From Calditrichaceae bacterium (GTDB lineage: Bacteria > Calditrichota > Calditrichia > Calditrichales > JBFXGD01), in the NCBI GenBank assembly GCA_050178385.1, contig JBFXGD010000101.1, forward strand, positions 1 to 12,429: DNA of 12,429 bases, read 5' to 3'. The translations under genes and the position numbers were made by a program. The notes under the pieces were generated by a model. The model was not told the origin of the DNA. It saw nothing but the letters and a program-made list of their open reading frames with translations, and made no database searches. Shown one piece after another: positions 7,282-12,429 of the stretch. Position 1 is the first letter of the stretch, and the number at the start of each line of letters is the position of its first letter.

Positions 7282-7399
7282 GCGCGCTTTTGGAGAGTTG
7301 GTCCGTAATTGGGATGCGATACACTTTAACGTAAATCTAATCAATTCATTTATAAATATAAAATTTATTTTTTAGTATAGTCAGACTGGTCAAAATAGA

Positions 7400-8728
7400 T
7401 CAGTCGCTGTTAGCGGAGGATTTGAGTAGTAATTTACGCATAGTCTTCACATCTACACCGAGAATGCGGGCCGCTTGGGTCATATTATTCCCGGACTTTT
7501 CATAGACATGCCTTGCATATTGAGATTTTATTTCATCAAGAGGTTTTAATTCAAGAGCCGCCTTAACAAGTTTTACTTCGGGAGATGAAACGAGGAAATC
7601 CGGCAAATGCGAAATTGTTAGTCTGTCAGGATGATAACACATACTTGACTCAACAACATTTTGCAGTTCACGAATATTGCCAAGCCACTCATATTGATTT
7701 AACAGCTGATGTACGTCTTCATCAATTTTCGGCATGGCAAGATCGTTAGCAGACGCATATTTTGCGACAAGATATTCAAAAAGTATCCGAATATCTTCTT
7801 TCCTCTCCCTGAGTGCCGGAACATGTATTTCAAAAGTATTCAAACGGTAATACAGATCTTCGCGGAATTTTTTCGACTGAACTGCTCTAAAAAGATCCTT
7901 ATTCGTCGCCGCGATAATTCTGGCGTTCATCTTCACAGGTTGAATTCCCCCAACAGGATAGAACGACATCTCATCCAGAACTTTTAATAATTTGGCCTGC
8001 AGATGAAGCGGTATTTCACCAATTTCATCAAGACAAATTGTACCCCCTCCAGCTGCCTGTAATTTTCCAATTTTGTTTGTAGCTGCCCCTGTGAAGGCAC
8101 CGGCTTCGTAACCGAACAGCTCTGTTTCAAGCAAATTCTCAGGAATTGCCGCGCAATTAATATGCATAAACGGAAGGTTTCTTCGTCTGGATTCCTGATG
8201 GATATATCGTGCCAGCTCTGTCTTCCCGCTGCCGGTTTCACCCGTGAGCAGAAGATGCATATCCGAATTTTTCACCACATTCAGCTGTTGAAGAATCCTT
8301 TTGATAACCGGACTTTCACCGATATATTTATATTTATTTGAATTACCGCCGTTTTCTCTGACGAAAATTTCCTGCTCATTAAAGTACTTAACCAGGATAC
8401 CAATATGATACAGCATATCCTCGCTGTATTCCAAAATAAAAATTCTGTGAAATGATATCTTATTAACCAATTGAGCCGTTTTCAGGGCGGTTATTCCAAT
8501 TACAAATGCTTCAGGGAGATTAAGCCTGATTCTCTGAAGGATATCCACTATCGCGGATATCCTCAGTGAATCCAGATCCAAAATAACGATTTTAAATATA
8601 TATTTCTCAATTGAAGTAATTAACTGATCGAGAGATTTAGCTTTTTCAAAGACAATATTATTATCAATCTGGCTAACTATCTTAGCTTCTCTTTCAGAGT
8701 TCGGCTCATACAGTAAAAGATCTTTCAT
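7400..8728 (-). CDS. Sigma54-dependent transcriptional activator (NtrC/Fis family) with atypical receiver-like N-terminus
   Basis: Walker A GETGSGKT, INCAA, ETELFG, GAFTGA (8084-8101), Walker B CLDEIGE, LQAKLL, RIIAATN, FREDLYYRLN, WLGNIRELQN, and a C-terminal Fis-type HTH NMTQAARILGVDVKTM. ATG 8728 (or TTG 8731). Confidence 0.95.
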   Translation of the reverse strand: MKDLLLYEPNSEREAKIVSQIDNNIVFEKAKSLDQLITSIEKYIFKIVILDLDSLRISAIVDILQRIRLNLPEAFVIGITALKTAQLVNKISFHRIFILEYSEDMLYHIGILVKYFNEQEIFVRENGGNSNKYKYIGESPVIKRILQQLNVVKNSDMHLLLTGETGSGKTELARYIHQESRRRNLPFMHINCAAIPENLLETELFGYEAGAFTGAATNKIGKLQAAGGGTICLDEIGEIPLHLQAKLLKVLDEMSFYPVGGIQPVKMNARIIAATNKDLFRAVQSKKFREDLYYRLNTFEIHVPALRERKEDIRILFEYLVAKYASANDLAMPKIDEDVHQLLNQYEWLGNIRELQNVVESSMCYHPDRLTISHLPDFLVSSPEVKLVKAALELKPLDEIKSQYARHVYEKSGNNMTQAARILGVDVKTMRKLLLKSSANSD

Positions 8729-8764
8729 CAATATATTCTGCCATTTTTTTCTTCAACCAAATTA

Positions 8765-10051
8765 TCAGGAACCCGGCCGTATTTCAATGGGAATTTCATT
8801 CCGGAGCAACTGAAGCCATTTCCTATATTCATTATCCCTTTTATAATTCAGCGCCATCGTCTGAATTTTTTGCCAGTCATTCTCTATGCTCAGACTTCTT
8901 TTTTCCTGTTTATCCTCTAATTTCACAATATGGTAACCGAATTCCGTTTTAAATGGTTTACTGATTTCGCCGATTGAAAGATGTTCAATTTGATTTCGAA
9001 ACTCCGGCACAACCAACTTACTGACTTCAAAGACACCAAGGTGACCACGGTCCTTTTTGACATTCTCGTCGTCAGAGTACTGCAGGGCTAATTCACCAAA
9101 ATCTTCTCCATCCAAAGCGCGCTGCCTGATTTCCGCAAGCTCGGTTTTAGTCCTGTTCTCATCATCACTATTCGGTACAACCTGGATTAAAATATGACGG
9201 GTGCGAACTTTCTCCCCTCTGCGTTCGATCATTTGAATGATATGGAAGCCGAACTGTGTTTGTACTATATCGGAAATTTCACCATCATTTAGCGCGAAGG
9301 CGGCCGTTTCAAATTCTTTTACAAAATCACCCCGGCCAATCATACCTAAGTCCCCACCACGTTTAGCGGATGCAGGATCTTCAGAATATTTAGCGGCAAG
9401 CTCAGAAAAATCAGCGCCTTCCTTAATCTGCTTGTCTATTTCACTGATTCTCTTATAGGCAGACTCGCGGGCATCTTGTGAAGGTTTCACTAACATAAGA
9501 ATATGACTTATATCCACCGTTTCATCCAACACCGGCAAACTATCAGAATATATTTTATAGAATTCCTCCACTTCGCGCCTGGACACTTTTATATCACTAA
9601 ATTTTCTCCGGCGTACTTCTTCAACCAGCATCTGATCTTTGATAACCCTGCGCGTGTCTTTTCTGATTTTTTTCATCGGGCTGCCAAAAACCTGTTCCAG
9701 TTTCTCCTCTGATCCGACCTGTTCGAGCATGTAACGAACCCTGTTTTCTACCTGCTGATCAAGAATTTCATCTTCAACAGTAATTGTATCTTCATCAGCT
9801 TTAACAATGAGAATTTGCTGATCAATGAGGGAAGAGAGGGTTTCATTTCTCAACTTTTCCAACAACTCAGGCTGTTTCTGAATATCAACGCGATTCTGGA
9901 TAATATAATTTTGCACATATTGTTCAATTTCTGAACGCAGTATAATTTCCTTGCCTACTACAGCCGCGACACCCTCGACCAGCTGCTGGCTTCGCAACGG
10001 TATAATCATTAAAAGTACAGCAAAAACTGAGAATAAGATTTTATCTTTCAT
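8765..10051 (-). CDS. surA: SurA-like periplasmic chaperone/peptidyl-prolyl isomerase (SurA N-domain and two parvulin domains)
   Basis: Signal peptide, VEGVAAVVGKEIILRSE (SurA N-terminal signature), two parvulin domains (ISHILM...FSELAAKYSED...GGDLG...FGFHII; TRHILI...YSDD...GHLG...FGYHIV). Confidence 0.9.
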   Translation of the reverse strand: MKDKILFSVFAVLLMIIPLRSQQLVEGVAAVVGKEIILRSEIEQYVQNYIIQNRVDIQKQPELLEKLRNETLSSLIDQQILIVKADEDTITVEDEILDQQVENRVRYMLEQVGSEEKLEQVFGSPMKKIRKDTRRVIKDQMLVEEVRRRKFSDIKVSRREVEEFYKIYSDSLPVLDETVDISHILMLVKPSQDARESAYKRISEIDKQIKEGADFSELAAKYSEDPASAKRGGDLGMIGRGDFVKEFETAAFALNDGEISDIVQTQFGFHIIQMIERRGEKVRTRHILIQVVPNSDDENRTKTELAEIRQRALDGEDFGELALQYSDDENVKKDRGHLGVFEVSKLVVPEFRNQIEHLSIGEISKPFKTEFGYHIVKLEDKQEKRSLSIENDWQKIQTMALNYKRDNEYRKWLQLLRNEIPIEIRPGS

Positions 10052-10067
10052 TATATAATAACCTTTA

Positions 10068-10928
10068 CTATTGTATTTTGCTCAGATAAGTCTGAACCTG
10101 AAAATTTTCTTTAAGTTCCTTTTTTAACCTCTCAAGCTCTTCGCCTCTCCGCTCTTTTTTGATCCGCATCATTATTTCATTCTTTACCAGTTCAAGATCT
10201 ATCGTACTTCCCTTTTTTTGAAAGTCAACCAGCTGAAAAAAATGATACCCCTGATCCGTCCGTACAGGATTTGAGATCGCGCCGGTTCTCATTCTGGAAA
10301 TCACTTTTACAAATTGATCCGGCAACTCTGAAAGCGGAACATACCCTAAATCGCCATTGGGCCGCTCACTGGTTGATTTCTCATCAAAATAATATTTTTT
10401 AATCAAACTCATCAGGTCAGAACTTTCCCCGATTTCCTTGAATATGGCATTATCCTGTTGTTCCAGCAGCAAATGGATAAGGTGGACCTCATCTTCTTTC
10501 CTGATAAGTTCTTTAGAGTGCTCACGGTAATAGTCATCAATCTCTTTTTGAGAGATTTTATAATTCTTATTCAGACGCTGATCAAGATACCGCTGAACAA
10601 GCAAGGCTTTCTTGTACTGATCAATCATGTATTTTTCAGCAGATGTGTAAGCGACACCTTCTTTTACAGCAGTTTGATAAAAAATTTCATTTTCCACCCA
10701 TTGCGCGATCAGATTTTTCTGCAGGGCAAGTGCCATTTTGTCATCCAAACCATCCGGCACGCTGTATTGAAGCTGCTCTTTTAACAGAAACTGGTCATTT
10801 ACCTGGGCTACCAAATCTTCAGGGATATCTGTATTCTGCTTGCATCCGGTTGATCCAATAATTAGACCGGCAAATAAATACGCTGTCAGACGAAACCTGA
10901 TTTTGGAAGAAACATTAATAAGCATCAT
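10068..10928 (-). CDS. PpiC/parvulin-type foldase, probable lipoprotein
   Basis: Basic N-region, hydrophobic stretch and a lipobox-like GSTG-C; VAQVND, EIDDYY, HLIHLLL, NGDLGYV, SNPVRTDQGYHFF. The start overlaps the upstream stop (ATGA, 10925-10928). Confidence 0.88.
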   Translation of the reverse strand: MMLINVSSKIRFRLTAYLFAGLIIGSTGCKQNTDIPEDLVAQVNDQFLLKEQLQYSVPDGLDDKMALALQKNLIAQWVENEIFYQTAVKEGVAYTSAEKYMIDQYKKALLVQRYLDQRLNKNYKISQKEIDDYYREHSKELIRKEDEVHLIHLLLEQQDNAIFKEIGESSDLMSLIKKYYFDEKSTSERPNGDLGYVPLSELPDQFVKVISRMRTGAISNPVRTDQGYHFFQLVDFQKKGSTIDLELVKNEIMMRIKKERRGEELERLKKELKENFQVQTYLSKIQ

Positions 10929-12429
10929 ATTTTTTCCAGTAATTCTTGATTAATTTTTACGGAATACTTTTCTTTTAATTCATTCTCCCACTGGGTTCTC
11001 CGTTCCCTGATCTTCAGCTCGCGGACTTTTGATGTTGCCATCGGTTTTGCCGACTCAAAACTTCTGATTGTTTCAGGATTTAATTTTCCCGTCTTTATTA
11101 CAATCCAGCCGTTTCTGAACTGAATCGGGTCAGATATTTTATTCGCTCCAAGCTTAAATGCGGTTTCCGATACATTTTCTCTTGAATGAATGGTCCGGAA
11201 GCTAAGATAACCTTTTCTTTTCTTCATTCCTTTATCTTCGGAATACGTTTCAACCAACTTTTCAAAATTTTGTCCGCTTTTTGCCAGTTTAGATACCTTT
11301 TTAGCTTTTGCTTCATCTTTAAGATATATTTCCCAGATTTCGATCTCTTCCGGTAGAATGAATTCATTCTTATTGTTTTCATAATATTTTAACAAATCCG
11401 CATCTTCAATTTTTACCTTATCCATGACTTGTTTTTTTTCTATGGCGCTAGACATCGGCTGTTCCAGCATATCATCCAATATTTTAACTACTTCAGGATC
11501 TTTATTTATACCTTTCTTAATGGCATCAGAAAGTAACATCTTTCTTACAGCATAGTTCTCAGTTACTCCTTTTAAACCTTCAAAAGTTGTTAAAGTACTT
11601 TTCATTTTCATGATGGTGTTATTGTATGCCTTAAACAGATCGTTTAAAGTCAGCGCGCTTCCGGACCATTCCGCCAGAACAGTATTTTTTTCTTGATCGG
11701 TATAATCGTCGATCTTTAAACTTCCGCTCATTTTGCCTTTTTCAATGGAAGCTTTCACTGTTTTTTCAATATTTTCATCAGATATTTTTAATGAATTTTC
11801 CTTCTTTGTGGTTGCTATATGGGCATCCCACATTTTTCTGGCAGTGTCCTTGTATGCCTGGAAAAATAATTTTTTAAGATTTTCTTTTTCTTGCTCGTAT
11901 TTCGCATACTTGAAAGCATTATTTGGTTTCTTATCTTCAAGTTTAATGATATGATATCCAAACTTTGTCTTAACCGGATCTGAAATTTCACCGACATTTA
12001 ATTTATATGCTGCTTTCTGAAACTCCGGAAGCATTTTGCCGGCGGTTAAAAAACCAAGATTACCTTTGTTTTTTCTTACCGTTGCATCATCAGAATATTG
12101 CAAAGCCAGTACTGCAAAATCTTCTCCGGCCCTTGCTTTTTTAACTATTTCTTCTGATAATGCAATCGCTTCATCTTTTGTTCTCGTCGCCGGGCTTCTG
12201 TCTATTCCTTTGTAACTAATGAGAATATGACTGACACTGATTTGGTCTTTTTGTAAATCAAACGTCTCACGCAAATCTTTTTCCGAAACTAGTTTATCAA
12301 CGATAAATTTCTCAAAATACTTTTTTGCATATAATTGTTCTTTGTGACTTTCAAAATTTGTGATTATTGACGCATCTTCATCCAATTTATAATCATATGC
12401 TTCTGTAAGCTTATACTTCTGCATTAGCA
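10925..12429 (-). CDS. PpiC/parvulin-type foldase, 5'-truncated; one canonical and one degenerate parvulin domain
   Basis: The frame is still open at the window edge and no signal peptide is visible, so Met at 12424 is probably internal. Domain 1: VSHILI...FAVLALQYSDD...GNLGF...MLPEF...FGYHII. Domain 2: IWEIYL...YSED...GYLSF...NGWIVI. Confidence 0.9.
   Translation of the reverse strand, partial: LMQKYKLTEAYDYKLDEDASIITNFESHKEQLYAKKYFEKFIVDKLVSEKDLRETFDLQKDQISVSHILISYKGIDRSPATRTKDEAIALSEEIVKKARAGEDFAVLALQYSDDATVRKNKGNLGFLTAGKMLPEFQKAAYKLNVGEISDPVKTKFGYHIIKLEDKKPNNAFKYAKYEQEKENLKKLFFQAYKDTARKMWDAHIATTKKENSLKISDENIEKTVKASIEKGKMSGSLKIDDYTDQEKNTVLAEWSGSALTLNDLFKAYNNTIMKMKSTLTTFEGLKGVTENYAVRKMLLSDAIKKGINKDPEVVKILDDMLEQPMSSAIEKKQVMDKVKIEDADLLKYYENNKNEFILPEEIEIWEIYLKDEAKAKKVSKLAKSGQNFEKLVETYSEDKGMKKRKGYLSFRTIHSRENVSETAFKLGANKISDPIQFRNGWIVIKTGKLNPETIRSFESAKPMATSKVRELKIRERRTQWENELKEKYSVKINQELLEKI

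Noticed and set aside
7400..8728. Naming the activator fleQ, ntrC or pilR
   Set aside because: The FleQ LFRS and post-Walker-A RN motifs are absent (KYKYIGES, ARYIH), and the context does not support a specific orthology.
8728..8743. TGGCAGAATATATTGA upstream of the activator as a sigma54 -24/-12 promoter
   Set aside because: It lacks the GC at -12, the spacing is off by one, and it abuts the start codon. I found no proper GG-N10-GC element in the minus-strand intergenic regions, so the activator's target may be outside the window.
1940..11997. Remaining short ORFs in the track (e.g. 1940-2227, 2377-2796, 2974-3252, 4797-5018, 7984-8241, 10458-10784)
   Set aside because: All overlap well-supported minus-strand genes in antisense or alternative frames and show no recognisable motifs.
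12422..12429. Met at 12424 as the start of the first foldase
   Set aside because: The frame stays open to the window edge and the protein would lack its export signal.

Overview
All real genes in this window lie on the minus strand. In transcription order (right to left): three parvulin/SurA-family foldases (the first cut by the right edge), a sigma54-dependent AAA+ activator with an atypical receiver, a coiled-coil/GAF/GGEEF diguanylate cyclase, a TPR protein with an uncharacterised N-terminal domain, a membrane-bound coiled-coil/GAF/HD-GYP protein with a degenerate active-site signature, a 167-aa secreted protein, and a large secreted surface protein missing from the ORF track (ATG at 1921, open for 640 codons past the left edge). 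That protein has a NIDO-like head, a second domain and 99-aa Ig-like tandem repeats (297 bp). The triple-foldase cluster suggests an FCB-group bacterium such as Calditrichota or KSB1 (inference). Main observations: (i) the small secreted protein looks like a stand-alone paralogue of the surface protein's second domain; (ii) the cyclase and HD-GYP protein share paralogous coiled-coil+GAF modules; (iii) the repeats are mosaic around an invariant DNA core. Together these suggest a candidate c-di-GMP-controlled adhesin/surface-protein locus. This is a hypothesis from synteny and motifs; no database search was run.
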